DNA of 61,854 bases, filler included. It is 9 parts of 9 records of this genome, joined end to end, with 100 filler letters (N's around TTAATTAATTAA, not from the genome) between each part and the next. Parts side by side here need not be neighbours in the genome. Positions count along the whole stretch, not along the records: positions 9,770 to 20,883 come from SRR31156797_88973; positions 20,984 to 26,600 come from SRR31156797_89045; positions 26,701 to 33,979 come from SRR31156797_89104; 6 more parts are not named here. The stretch is one strand, 5' to 3'. The position numbers were made by a program, and so were the translations under genes. Below are positions 19,132 to 29,066 of the stretch, one piece after another (position 1 is the first letter of the stretch; every line of letters begins with the position of its first letter). The notes under the pieces were generated by a model. That model saw nothing but the letters and a program-made list of their open reading frames with translations, searched no databases and had not been told where the DNA came from.

Positions 19132-20478
19132 CTAACCGAAGACCCGGCTGACCGCCTCCTTCAGGTTGGAGGCCTTGAAATACTCACCGGTTTTTTCCGC
19201 CTTACCTGCTCTCTTCAAAGGGGAGGGGCCGATGATTTTTGAAAAACCCATCTCCTTTGCCGATTTTATCCGCTTATCCAGGTGGGGTATGGGTCTGATC
19301 TCTCCCGCCAGGCTCAACTCTCCGGTGACCGCCGTATCTCCGGCGATGGCGACGCCGGTCCGGGCGGAGTAGAGGGCCAGGGCAACGGCGAGATCGATAC
19401 CTGTTTCCTTCAGATTCATACCGCCGGCTACATTGATATAGATATCCTGATCTGAAAACCGGAGGGAGAGATGCTTTTCCAGGACTGCGGCAATCCGGGA
19501 GACCCTCCGGGGGTCGACCCTGTCGGAGTAGGTTCGGGAGAGACCGCCCTTTGACGGGACGACCAGGGCCTGGATTTCGACCATCAGGACCCGTGAGCCT
19601 TCGAAAACAGGGACGGCGGCGATGCCGGCGGGGATTTCCTCCGACCGTTCCACCAGAAAGAGGGAGGAGGGATCGGTGACTTCCTCCAATCCTTTTTCGG
19701 TCATGGTGAAGAGGCCGATCTCATCCACCGAGCCAAAACGGTTTTTCGTGGATCTTAAGAATCGAACGTCGGTCCTGCTGTTGTCGAAGTAAAGGACCGT
19801 ATCCACCATATGTTCGATTACCTTCGGTCCGGCGATGGTTCCCTCTTTGGTGATATGGGCGACAAAGAAGAGAGCGGCTTCGGACCGGCGGGCCCATTCG
19901 ATCAGTTCATGACAGCAGTATTTCAGCTGATTGGGAGTTCCGGGAACGGTTCCCGCCTCCGGGGAGATAAGGGTCTGGATCGAGTCGATGATAACCATTG
20001 AGGGTTTTACGGATTTAAGGGCGGCGAGGATTGCTTCCAGTTCCGGTTCACAGAGGACCTCGATATCCCGGCTGATTCCCAGGCGATCGGCCCGCATCTT
20101 TATCTGAGCCGGAGCCTCCTCTCCGGAGATGTAGAGGACTTTTCCCGGAGGAGGAAATGAGTCGGCCGCCTGAATCATCAGGGTGGATTTCCCGATCCCC
20201 GGCTCTCCGCCGACCAGGATCGCCGCACCTTTCATGATTCCGCCGCCGAGAACCCGGTTAAACTCTCCGATCCCCGAGGTGTAGCGGGTTCCCTCTCCTG
20301 CTTCCAGGGAGGCCAGACTTTGGGTGGCCGGGGCTTTTGAGGCACTCTTATGCCGGGCCGGTTCCTCTTTTCCTTCGGTGAAGGTGTTCCACTCTCCGCA
20401 TTGGGGGCATCGGCCCGTCCATTTCGGTTCCTGATGTCCACAGGAGCTGCATTCAAAAAATGTTCGTTTCTTCGCCAT
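19132..20478 (-). CDS. radA: DNA repair protein RadA/Sms
   Basis: CSSC..CPQC Zn finger, GEPGIGKST Walker A, KNRFG motif, Lon-like C-terminus; start moved to MAKKRT. Confidence 0.96.
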   Translation of the reverse strand: MAKKRTFFECSSCGHQEPKWTGRCPQCGEWNTFTEGKEEPARHKSASKAPATQSLASLEAGEGTRYTSGIGEFNRVLGGGIMKGAAILVGGEPGIGKSTLMIQAADSFPPPGKVLYISGEEAPAQIKMRADRLGISRDIEVLCEPELEAILAALKSVKPSMVIIDSIQTLISPEAGTVPGTPNQLKYCCHELIEWARRSEAALFFVAHITKEGTIAGPKVIEHMVDTVLYFDNSRTDVRFLRSTKNRFGSVDEIGLFTMTEKGLEEVTDPSSLFLVERSEEIPAGIAAVPVFEGSRVLMVEIQALVVPSKGGLSRTYSDRVDPRRVSRIAAVLEKHLSLRFSDQDIYINVAGGMNLKETGIDLAVALALYSARTGVAIAGDTAVTGELSLAGEIRPIPHLDKRIKSAKEMGFSKIIGPSPLKRAGKAEKTGEYFKASNLKEAVSRVFG

Positions 20479-20659
20479 GAGAATACTCTCGGTCAATTAG
20501 AAGAAAATTTCAAGGTGGTGTATCGATCCGGCGGCGGATGGGAAAAGTTTTCTCCACATTATAAAAAAGTTCATATTGTTAAAAAAAATTCACATTTTCG
20601 GGATTTCACCTGAAAAAGCGTATTAGAATATATGTATAAGTTTATTCAGGAGTTTAAAT

Positions 20660-20883
20660 ATGAGCAGGTTTCCGGACGATTTTATTTGGGGTACGGCGAC
20701 ATCAGCCTATCAGATTGAGGGTGCCTCCCGTGAGGACGGGCGTGGTGAATCAATCTGGGACCGCTTCTGTCACACCCCCGGGAACATACTGAACGGCGAT
20801 ACAGGCGACAGGGCCTGTGAGCACTATTATAAAATAGAAGAAGATCTGAACATTCTTCAGGATCTGGGTGTTGATTCTTACCG
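20660..20883 (+). CDS. GH1 beta-glucosidase, N-terminal fragment
   Basis: FPDDFIWGTATSAYQIEG GH1 signature; cut by the linker. Confidence 0.92.
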
Positions 20884-20983
20884 NNNNNNNNNNNNNNNNN
20901 NNNNNNNNNNNNNNNNNNNNNNNNNNNTTAATTAATTAANNNNNNNNNNNNNNNNNNNNNNNNNNNNNNNNNNNNNNNNNNNN
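20884..20983. other. Artificial contig linker
   Basis: N-run + TTAATTAATTAA + N-run. Confidence 0.98.
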
Positions 20984-20984
20984 C

Positions 20985-23900
20985 TTCGGGAAGCCCGTGG
21001 CGGGTGGCAGGGTTCACATTACTGCATGGGAGGCCGACGTTGAGCAGCGTGTGTTTACAGAAAAGCATCTGACCCTGGACGAACATGGATATGTCGAGTT
21101 TGACCTGACGTGTCCCGACACACTTGTGGGTCGAGAGCAGAACTCGGGGGATGCAGAGTTCCGCCTGGTCTTTGAGATTCAGGATACTGCAGGACAGACG
21201 ATTGAACGGAATGTCAGCAGGATCATCAGCGCACAGCCCGTGAAGCTGACCCTGATTCCCGAAAGCGGGAAACTGGCCCAGGGGCTTGAGAATCATATTT
21301 ATGCGTTCGCGACGTATCCGGATGGGAAGCCGGCAGAAGTCCGTCTTGTGATTTCCGGGCTTGACGATGAAGTCATGACGTCGCCATCGGGTGTTGCGCA
21401 GTTTGAACTGATACCGCAGGAGTCGGTTGTGGATTTGACGATTCGTGCGATTGACGCTGAAGGGCGATCGGTAACGGAGCAGTTTACGCTGAAATCTCAT
21501 CGCCCAGGGGAGTGTTTCGTCCTCCGCACAGACAAGGCTGTGTATGCCGGCGGTGAGACCATTCAGATCACAGTTTTCGCCAGTGGCAAACAGCCCGTGT
21601 ATGTTGATCTGATCCAGGACGACCAGACGATTCTGACGGAGTCGATCAATGTTTCTCAATCCGGCATCGGTGAATATGCATTTGACATCCCCCCGGATCT
21701 GTCGGGGACGATTGAGCTGAACGCCTATCGATACGGGAGACAAGGACTTGCGGTTCGACAATCTCGTGTTCTGCAGATTACCGCAGCGGACAACCTGGCG
21801 ATTTCGGTTGAGACGGATAAGCCCGAATACCGCCCGGGCGAAGAAGCGAAACTGACCTTCAGGATTACGGATGAAAACGGTGATCCCGTACCCGGTGCTC
21901 TGAGTCTGTCAGCCGTGGATGAAGCGGTATTCGGAGTGCAAGGCACCCGACCGGGCCTGGAGAATACGTTTTTCAATCTTGAGCAGGAAATTCTCAAACC
22001 GATCTACGCTCTTTATCCATGGTCGCCGGATCTGGATACAAGCTTTGGGCATGAAGACCGGGTACTGCTGAATAAGGCATTGATGGCGTATGCCAGCACT
22101 CATCTTGATTCCTCGATGATGACGCGAGATGAAGTATTTCAGATCATGCTTGATCAAGGGGACATTGTCCCTCGCCAGCTGGAGTTCCTGAAAAAATACG
22201 ATATCAACGAGCTTCTCGAGCAAGGTAGTTTTTCTGAAGACTTTGTCCAGTTGATGAAACAGACGGGCTCCAATCGAGTTCAATCTTCAACCTGGCCAGA
22301 CAAGGAGAGATCGGCACAAGTCAGCTCCCAGGAATGGAAGAACCTGTTCGGCACGATCTGGCTTATTCTTGCGATCACCGGAGGAAGCGTCCTGTTTGTA
22401 ATCGTTGCTGTTCGTACCGGACTTTTCTGGCTTCTATTTTTCCTTGCATCGTGTGCATTACTGATTTCCATCATGCTTCCGTCACTGAGTCGAGCTAGAA
22501 GCTCATCGAAATCAATGATGGCGAAGGCAACCTTGAAAGGACTCGATACCACTCTGAAGATCATGCAGAACGAAGGTTTTACCCTAAACAATCCTCAATC
22601 GGGTGAGGGTGGTGACTCTGTTCGTGTTCGCCAGTGGTTCCCGGAGACGCTTTTGTGGCGGCCGGAGTTGATTACTGATGATAACGGTCATGCACAGCTT
22701 TCACTACCGCTGGCTGACTCGATCACATCCTGGCATCTTTCGGCCAGTGCGGTGTCCGGTGAAGGGCAGCTTGGTGGAATGACTTCCGGGATCCGGGTCT
22801 TCCAGCCGTTCTTCGTCGACCTGGATCTTCCTGTTGCACTGACTCGCGGCGATGAGATTTCCGTCCCGGCCGTGGTGTATAACTACAAGGACACCGCGCA
22901 GACCATTCAGCTCGAACTGGCAAAAGCAGAAGGTTTCATTCAGCTTTGCGAAAGCACGCAAGAGGTTTCCCTTGAAGCTGGTGAGATCGGAGCAGTCTAC
23001 TTCCGCCTCCGTGCGGACCAGGTTGGAACCCAATCGATTGAGATTATTGCCCGTAGTGAAGGAACGGATGCGGATGCTGTTCGTCGCGATGTTGATATTG
23101 TGCCGGACGGAAGAAAGATCGAAAAGGTATTCAATGGGACCCTGTACCCGGATGGTTCCATTCCGATTCAACTTCCGGACAATGCCATCGACGGCAGTGC
23201 AAAACTGCTTGTGAAGTTCTACCCGTCGACCTTCAGTCAGCTTCTGGAAGGACTGGATGGGATCTTCAAACGTCCGTATGGGTGTTTCGAACAGACTTCC
23301 TCGACAACGTACCCGAATATCCTGGCACTGGACTACCTGATGCAAACCGGCAAGTCCGCACCGGAAGTCGAGGCGAAAGCCCGCCAGTTCATTCATCTTG
23401 GATACCAGCGGCTGCTTGGATTCGAAGTGTCCGGGGGCGGATTCGACTGGTTCGGCAGACCACCTGCCAACGTGACGCTTACGGGTTACGGCTTGCTGGA
23501 ATTCCAGGACATGGCGAAGGTTCATGACGTTGATCCGGCACTGATCGAACGGACGCGTCAGTGGCTTCTGAATCATCAAAAGGGTGATGGCTCCTGGTCA
23601 CCGGCCAATTCCGGTCCATGGCATCAGAACCCGACTCAGCGAGACAATGCAAGGCTCAGCACAACCGCGTATATCGCCTGGGCTGTGTTCCAGAACGGAG
23701 CCGGCCAGGAGGATGTCTTTACGACGAAAAGATTTCTCCTGAGTCACAAACCAAGAGACATCCAGGATCCATACACGCTTGCTCTTGTGACGAACGCCCT
23801 GATCGAAATGGGAGAAAACAGATCGATCATCCGGCCGTACATCCAGAGATTGCAGTCGCTTGCCCGATATACCCAGGGCAGCAAACAGGCATACTGGACC

Positions 23901-24746
23901 ATACAGAAAAACGGAAGGACAGCGTTTTATGGACGAGGACGTACAGGCAACATTGAAGCCACCGCGCTGGCCACGCTTGCGCTGATCAAAGCAAACGAGG
24001 CACATAAGCTCAGGAATTCTGCCCTGACCTGGTTGACCGAGCAGCGTGACGGCAACGGGACGTGGGGCAGTACCCAGGCCACTGTTCTCGCTCTGAAAGC
24101 CCTGATTGCCGGAACCGGTAAACCAACTGGCGAGCAAGTGCGTCGCAAACTCGACATTACTTTTGACGGAAAGGGCATCCGTAACTTGAACCTGGCTCCG
24201 GATCAGAACGATGTGTTGCAGTTGATTTCACTTTCGGATCAGGTCACTACCGGGACTCATACCCTGGTTCTGGCAGACAGAACCAATACCAATACCGGCT
24301 ACCAGGTCGAGTTCAGTTATCATGTTCCGGGCGAAAAGCCCAAAGATGTTGACCCTTCGCTTCGGATTGACCTGGAGTACGATCGGACGGATCTCGAAGT
24401 CCGCCAGACCGTCAATGCAACGGCCCGGATCATGAACACGAAAACACAATCCATTCCGATGGCGATTGTGGATCTTCCGGTTCCGGCAGGCTTTGCACCC
24501 GACACGTCTGCCCTTGACGCGATGAAGAAAGAGGGGTTGATCGGGAAATACCAGGTGACGCCTCGCAGCATTATCGTATATCTTCGCTCCCTGGAGCCTG
24601 AGAAGGAGATCGTGATTCCTTATCGTCTGATCGCAACGATGCCGGTGGATGTTCACGTTCGCCCCGCGAAAGTATACGAATACTATAACCCAGAACAGGA
24701 AGCAGAAAGCAAGCCGACAGCACTGCGAGTCGCACAGACGGCTTGA
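20985..24746 (+). CDS. Alpha-2-macroglobulin family thioester protein (5' truncated) with an internal membrane/pilin-like insert
   Basis: Frame open from the contig edge (FGKPV); TDKPEYRPGE, AVDEAV, VRQWFPETLLW, DSITSW, thioester PYGCFEQ, WGSTQAT, VYEYYNPE. Confidence 0.9.
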   Translation, partial: FGKPVAGGRVHITAWEADVEQRVFTEKHLTLDEHGYVEFDLTCPDTLVGREQNSGDAEFRLVFEIQDTAGQTIERNVSRIISAQPVKLTLIPESGKLAQGLENHIYAFATYPDGKPAEVRLVISGLDDEVMTSPSGVAQFELIPQESVVDLTIRAIDAEGRSVTEQFTLKSHRPGECFVLRTDKAVYAGGETIQITVFASGKQPVYVDLIQDDQTILTESINVSQSGIGEYAFDIPPDLSGTIELNAYRYGRQGLAVRQSRVLQITAADNLAISVETDKPEYRPGEEAKLTFRITDENGDPVPGALSLSAVDEAVFGVQGTRPGLENTFFNLEQEILKPIYALYPWSPDLDTSFGHEDRVLLNKALMAYASTHLDSSMMTRDEVFQIMLDQGDIVPRQLEFLKKYDINELLEQGSFSEDFVQLMKQTGSNRVQSSTWPDKERSAQVSSQEWKNLFGTIWLILAITGGSVLFVIVAVRTGLFWLLFFLASCALLISIMLPSLSRARSSSKSMMAKATLKGLDTTLKIMQNEGFTLNNPQSGEGGDSVRVRQWFPETLLWRPELITDDNGHAQLSLPLADSITSWHLSASAVSGEGQLGGMTSGIRVFQPFFVDLDLPVALTRGDEISVPAVVYNYKDTAQTIQLELAKAEGFIQLCESTQEVSLEAGEIGAVYFRLRADQVGTQSIEIIARSEGTDADAVRRDVDIVPDGRKIEKVFNGTLYPDGSIPIQLPDNAIDGSAKLLVKFYPSTFSQLLEGLDGIFKRPYGCFEQTSSTTYPNILALDYLMQTGKSAPEVEAKARQFIHLGYQRLLGFEVSGGGFDWFGRPPANVTLTGYGLLEFQDMAKVHDVDPALIERTRQWLLNHQKGDGSWSPANSGPWHQNPTQRDNARLSTTAYIAWAVFQNGAGQEDVFTTKRFLLSHKPRDIQDPYTLALVTNALIEMGENRSIIRPYIQRLQSLARYTQGSKQAYWTIQKNGRTAFYGRGRTGNIEATALATLALIKANEAHKLRNSALTWLTEQRDGNGTWGSTQATVLALKALIAGTGKPTGEQVRRKLDITFDGKGIRNLNLAPDQNDVLQLISLSDQVTTGTHTLVLADRTNTNTGYQVEFSYHVPGEKPKDVDPSLRIDLEYDRTDLEVRQTVNATARIMNTKTQSIPMAIVDLPVPAGFAPDTSALDAMKKEGLIGKYQVTPRSIIVYLRSLEPEKEIVIPYRLIATMPVDVHVRPAKVYEYYNPEQEAESKPTALRVAQTA

Positions 24747-24769
24747 ACCATTTCGATCACAATACCAAC

Positions 24770-24803
24770 AGCCCGGTGGAGCACAGCTTCACCGGGTTTT
24801 TTA
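24770..24803 (+). terminator. Intrinsic terminator after A2M
   Basis: GCCCGGTGGAGC-ACA-GCTTCACCGGGT followed by a T-tract. Confidence 0.8.
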
Positions 24804-24839
24804 TCTGCAGTACAAGGTCAGAAAAAAGGTGGGGCAGGA

Positions 24840-26600
24840 TTATTCTTTTTCGTTTCCGTTGACGCCGTTGTTGCTGCGGACGGCCTCCTTTGTAGGATTC
24901 GCACCGCCTGCTTCGGGCTGGAATTCGGGGACAAGGTTGCGGAGGTTCGCGACGATCTCTTCCTTGTTGCCTTCATCAGCAAGGCCGATGAGCTGCTGCA
25001 TGCTGGCACAGAGAGCATCCCAATCTTCGGGGCGGTGGGTCCATGCGTAGATCTTGGGGTGCTTGGTTTTGCCCATGTCTTCACCAGCGACGGAAAGCTC
25101 TTCGAAGAGTTTCTCGCCCGGGCGGACGCCGGAGAACTGGATGTCGATGTCGACATCGGGACGAAGACCGCTGAGCTGGATCATGTCTCGTGCGAGGTCG
25201 ACGATCTTGACCGGATCGCCCATGTCGAGCACGTAGATTTCCCCGCCGTTGCCCATCGTCCCGGCTTCGAGAACCAGCTGGGACGCCTCGGGGATGGTCA
25301 TGAAATACCGGATCATCTCCGGGTGGGTCACCGTGACCGGGCCGCCGTTGGCGATCTGCTTTTTGAAGATCGGAACAACAGAGCCACTGCTGCCCAGGAC
25401 ATTACCGAAGCGAACCGTGACGAACTGGGTATCGCTGCGATGGTTGAGCTGCTGAACGTAGAGCTCAGCCACGCGCTTGGAGCAGCCCATGATACTCGTC
25501 GGGTTGACGGCCTTGTCGGTCGAGATCATGACCATTTTCTTGACGCCGCACTCGACGGCAGCATCAGCAATGGTTCTCGTTCCGACGACATTATTCTTGA
25601 CCGCTTCGCCGAAGTTGATTTCCATCATCGGCACATGTTTGTGTGCTGCTGCGTGGAAGACAGCGGAGGGTGTTTCTTCCCAGAAGATGGTCTTGATGCG
25701 TTTGGCGTCGCAGATGTCCGCGATGCGTGGAACAATGTCCAGGTCCGGATGCTTGCGGCGGAGTTCGCGGTCGATCTCGAAGAGATTGTTTTCCGCCTGC
25801 TCAAGCAGAACGAGACGCTTGGGCCCGAACTTGGCAATCTGGCGGCACATTTCCGAGCCGATACTTCCGCCAGCACCGGTAACGAGAATCCGCTTGCCTG
25901 CGAGGATGTTTCCGATGGCATCGACATCCAGCGAAACGGGAGGACGACCGAGAAGGTCTTCGATCGATACGTCACGGACCTTGCTGATTTCAACGCGACC
26001 GGAGATGAGGTCGCTGACTTCCGGAATTGTGCGGAAGCTGACGCTCATCCCCTGGCACTGTTCGACGATCCGGCGAATCTCTCGTGGAGGCGCACCAGGC
26101 AAAGCGATCAACACTTCTTCGACTTCATTTTCCTCGATCACTTCGCGGATCTTCGAAGTAGAGCCGAGGACTTCAATTCCATGAATGCGATTGCGCAGGC
26201 GACTGGGTTCGTCATCGAGAAAACCGATCACTTCCTGGTGTTCGCCTGAACGGATAATTTCCCGAACGACGGTTTCCCCCGCGCGATCCGCGCCAACGAC
26301 CAGCACTCTTCGCCTTAATATATCATCCGGAATGCGTCGGACTTCTTCGTGGTAGAGCCTCCAGCCCATGCGTGTAACCGCAACGAGACCGATCGTCCCC
26401 ACCATGTCCGACAGAAAAACGGCAGCCTGACGAAAGCCAATGTTATGCGTGTTTGTCCAGTCATCCAGAAGGTTGGGTCTGAGCGATGCAACCGTGAAGA
26501 ATGCGACCATCAGGAACATCGAGCCTACATACGACGCACTGGCCATCCCCAGGAGATCCCGCAGACCCACGTAGCGCCAGGAAATTCGATACTGGCGGAA
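24840..26600 (-). CDS. Polysaccharide biosynthesis NDP-sugar 4,6-dehydratase (CapD/PglF/WbpM type), 5' truncated
   Basis: IEDLLGRPPV, VTGAGGSIGSE, HAAAHKHVP, STDKAVNP, VRFGNVLGSSGSV, RPGEKLFEEL. Confidence 0.93.
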   Translation of the reverse strand, partial: FRQYRISWRYVGLRDLLGMASASYVGSMFLMVAFFTVASLRPNLLDDWTNTHNIGFRQAAVFLSDMVGTIGLVAVTRMGWRLYHEEVRRIPDDILRRRVLVVGADRAGETVVREIIRSGEHQEVIGFLDDEPSRLRNRIHGIEVLGSTSKIREVIEENEVEEVLIALPGAPPREIRRIVEQCQGMSVSFRTIPEVSDLISGRVEISKVRDVSIEDLLGRPPVSLDVDAIGNILAGKRILVTGAGGSIGSEMCRQIAKFGPKRLVLLEQAENNLFEIDRELRRKHPDLDIVPRIADICDAKRIKTIFWEETPSAVFHAAAHKHVPMMEINFGEAVKNNVVGTRTIADAAVECGVKKMVMISTDKAVNPTSIMGCSKRVAELYVQQLNHRSDTQFVTVRFGNVLGSSGSVVPIFKKQIANGGPVTVTHPEMIRYFMTIPEASQLVLEAGTMGNGGEIYVLDMGDPVKIVDLARDMIQLSGLRPDVDIDIQFSGVRPGEKLFEELSVAGEDMGKTKHPKIYAWTHRPEDWDALCASMQQLIGLADEGNKEEIVANLRNLVPEFQPEAGGANPTKEAVRSNNGVNGNEKE

Positions 26601-26700
26601 NNNNNNNNNNNNNNNNNNNNNNNNNNNNNNNNNNNNNNNNNNNNTTAATTAATTAANNNNNNNNNNNNNNNNNNNNNNNNNNNNNNNNNNNNNNNNNNNN
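26601..26700. other. Artificial contig linker
   Basis: N-run + TTAATTAATTAA + N-run. Confidence 0.98.
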
Positions 26701-26731
26701 GGCCTTATGGCCGATATTATGATCAACCCCC

Positions 26732-27283
26732 AATAACAAAATCAGCGACATTAGTGTTTTACAGAATCTTACCGGACTGACAAGTTTAACTCTTCGCAAT
26801 AACGCCATAAGCGATATCAGTGCATTACAGGATCTTGCAGGACTGGCGGATTTAGATCTTTCAGAAAACAGCATCAGTGATATAAATGCCTTACAGAATC
26901 TTACAGGACTGACAGGGTTACGTCTTTCCGGGAACAGCATCAGTGATATAGACGCCTTACAGAATCTCACGGGACTGACAGGGTTACGCCTTGCAGAGAA
27001 CAGCATTAGTGACATAAGTGTTTTACAGGATCTTACAGGACTGAGCTTATTAATCCTTCACAGTAACAGCATAAGCGATATAAGTGCTTTACAGAATCTT
27101 ACCCACCTGCTGTGGGTAAATCTTTCCAAGAACGAGATAAGCGATATAAGTGTTTTGCACAACCTTACGAAGCTGACACACTTAAGCCTCATTTATAACA
27201 CCATCTCATGTGATGACATCAATACATTAAAGGAAACCCTGCCCAGTACAACGATCCTTCATAACTGCACTCAACCATTATAG
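26732..27283 (+). pseudogene. Internalin-type leucine-rich repeat gene, 3' part lacking a start (absent from the ORF track)
   Basis: Hand translation NNKISDISVLQNLTGLTSLTLR-NNAISDISALQDLAGLADLDLS-... gives about seven 22-aa LRRs (66-bp DNA repeats) and a cap ending NCTQPL*; in-frame TGA at 26720-26722 and no start codon before the repeats. Confidence 0.75.
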
Positions 27284-27428
27284 ACAGGACTGTCATTACC
27301 TGAGACAGTACACCGGTTTAAGGTAAAATATTGCTGACACGAAACTCACCTTGAAGTTTCGGTACTCATCCGGGGTGATCCACATCATCCCGGATGAGCT
27401 GCAACCGGTTGTTAATGCCACGGACGAG

Positions 27429-27518
27429 GATTACGATATACCCATTGCGGTCCTGGGCATGCTGACCCTGGGCATGGCCATGGATTTCGCCATTCACTTC
27501 CTGGATGTTACTCCTTAA
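27429..27518 (+). pseudogene. Short remnant of an MMPL/RND transporter gene
   Basis: Translates DYDIPIAVLGMLTLGMAMDFAIHFLDVTP*, resembling the MMPL GxAVDxxIHF helix. Confidence 0.5.
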
Positions 27519-27678
27519 ACATTCATTCTGCTGTTACGGTGCTGGAAAAGCTAAAAAACTGGCAGAAATAATGGGAAAGAACGACCCGACCATGTGACTC
27601 AGCTTTCGGAATTGTTTTCTTAAATGAGCCCCATCATCGTATTCATTTTTTGGTATCCTTTCCGTTTTGACCTGTCGG

Positions 27679-29064
27679 CTACTGAAAACTCCATTTTATA
27701 TTAAAAAACACGGTATCGTTATCCTTGATCCGCTCAAGATAAGGGTTGTTCCCGCCTTGATAGAGAACCATGCCGAGTTTCAGGGAAATGCTGTCTGACA
27801 GGTCATAGGCGATTTCTAACCTTTCAAACCCGCCATTGCCGCCATGTTTGCCGGAAATTCCGGCAACGGCGGTGATGTTGAGGGTTTCATTGAGAAAATC
27901 CCTTTCAGCCCTGAATGCATATTCCCGATGGTCTCTTTCGGCATAATCGGGGGCCGATGCCATCATTGGCTCAAAGGAACGTATATGACTGTTAAATACT
28001 TCCAGTGTAAGGGTGGTATCAGTAACGCCTGAATATTCGATTCCGGCCAGGAGATCAATTTTTGATTTCTCTTTTCCGGGCATGGCTGAAAACCTGATGC
28101 CGTCAACCCATGCCGCCTCGGCCTTGAAAAGGAACGTTCCCAGCGCCATGGCAACGGTTGCGCCCCCCATGGTGATCCGGGGATATTTCCTAAAGGATTG
28201 CCCCTGGGAATCCGTACCCGCATAGGGGGTGTCATGGTAGACATTGGCAAAGTAGACACCGCCATCCCAGCCCTCGAACCGGCCTGTCAGGGCTGCGGCG
28301 AACTGGGTGTTTTCCAGTGAGGAACCGGTGTGATCCACCGGCGCAAGTTCCGAATCCGACGGATAGAACGGACTGCCGGATACCGGCATCATCCTGTGCC
28401 GGACTTCATGGATCACCAGCCAGGTCAGGTTCCAGGCCGACGCATAGAGATCCAACCTTGTCATTGCCGCGGAAAGACGAAGGTCCTCGATGTCGGTCAT
28501 GCCGGGTTTCCGGGTGTCCATGGGATTTACCACATCCACCACCCGGAAGGATTCCGATGTCCCCCATGCCACAATCTGCCTTCCGGCCCTGACGTCGATA
28601 AACGGGGTCAAGCTCTTTTCGATCCAGGCCTCCTTCAGCTCAAATTCCATTTCCGTGTCTGAGATGTAGTCATCCGTATGGTTATTTCTCCCGTTGATTC
28701 CACAAGAAAGATCGTGGGAGAAATCCGTCCGGGCAAAAAACTCCCAGCCAGAATAACCGGCCTTGAAATTCAGGCCGAGTTTTCCTTCCAGCCCGGCAAG
28801 TTTTTTCAGTTCATCACCATCGGGATATGACCGGGCGCGGCCTGTAAAAAATTGGGAGGAAAGGGCTGCGAAGCCGTATATCTCCATGATTTCATCCGCC
28901 CCGGTTTCCGTTTCCAGATCCCCGCCACGCCACCCGGCCGTGTCTTCTTCAAATCCTTCCATTATCAGGTCAAGGGATTCCTGGTCCGCAGGGAGCCCAA
29001 AGGGAAAGAGAAGCATCACTATAAAAAGAAACCCCACCCATAGGGATCCGCCATTCCTTTTCAA
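27679..29064 (-). CDS. DUF1302-like outer-membrane beta-barrel protein
   Basis: Signal peptide, GRQIVAWG..VVDVVNP.D, C-terminal IKWSF; follows LolA-like and MMPL genes. Confidence 0.75.
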   Translation of the reverse strand: MKRNGGSLWVGFLFIVMLLFPFGLPADQESLDLIMEGFEEDTAGWRGGDLETETGADEIMEIYGFAALSSQFFTGRARSYPDGDELKKLAGLEGKLGLNFKAGYSGWEFFARTDFSHDLSCGINGRNNHTDDYISDTEMEFELKEAWIEKSLTPFIDVRAGRQIVAWGTSESFRVVDVVNPMDTRKPGMTDIEDLRLSAAMTRLDLYASAWNLTWLVIHEVRHRMMPVSGSPFYPSDSELAPVDHTGSSLENTQFAAALTGRFEGWDGGVYFANVYHDTPYAGTDSQGQSFRKYPRITMGGATVAMALGTFLFKAEAAWVDGIRFSAMPGKEKSKIDLLAGIEYSGVTDTTLTLEVFNSHIRSFEPMMASAPDYAERDHREYAFRAERDFLNETLNITAVAGISGKHGGNGGFERLEIAYDLSDSISLKLGMVLYQGGNNPYLERIKDNDTVFFNIKWSFQ

Positions 29065-29066
29065 GA

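Noticed and set aside
25035-26249. 404-aa plus-strand ORF
   Set aside because: Antisense shadow of the CapD-like gene with no recognisable motifs
26653-27015. Repetitive minus-strand 120-aa ORF; possible CRISPR-like array
   Set aside because: It is the antisense of the LRR coding repeats; the 66-bp in-frame degenerate units have no repeat-spacer structure
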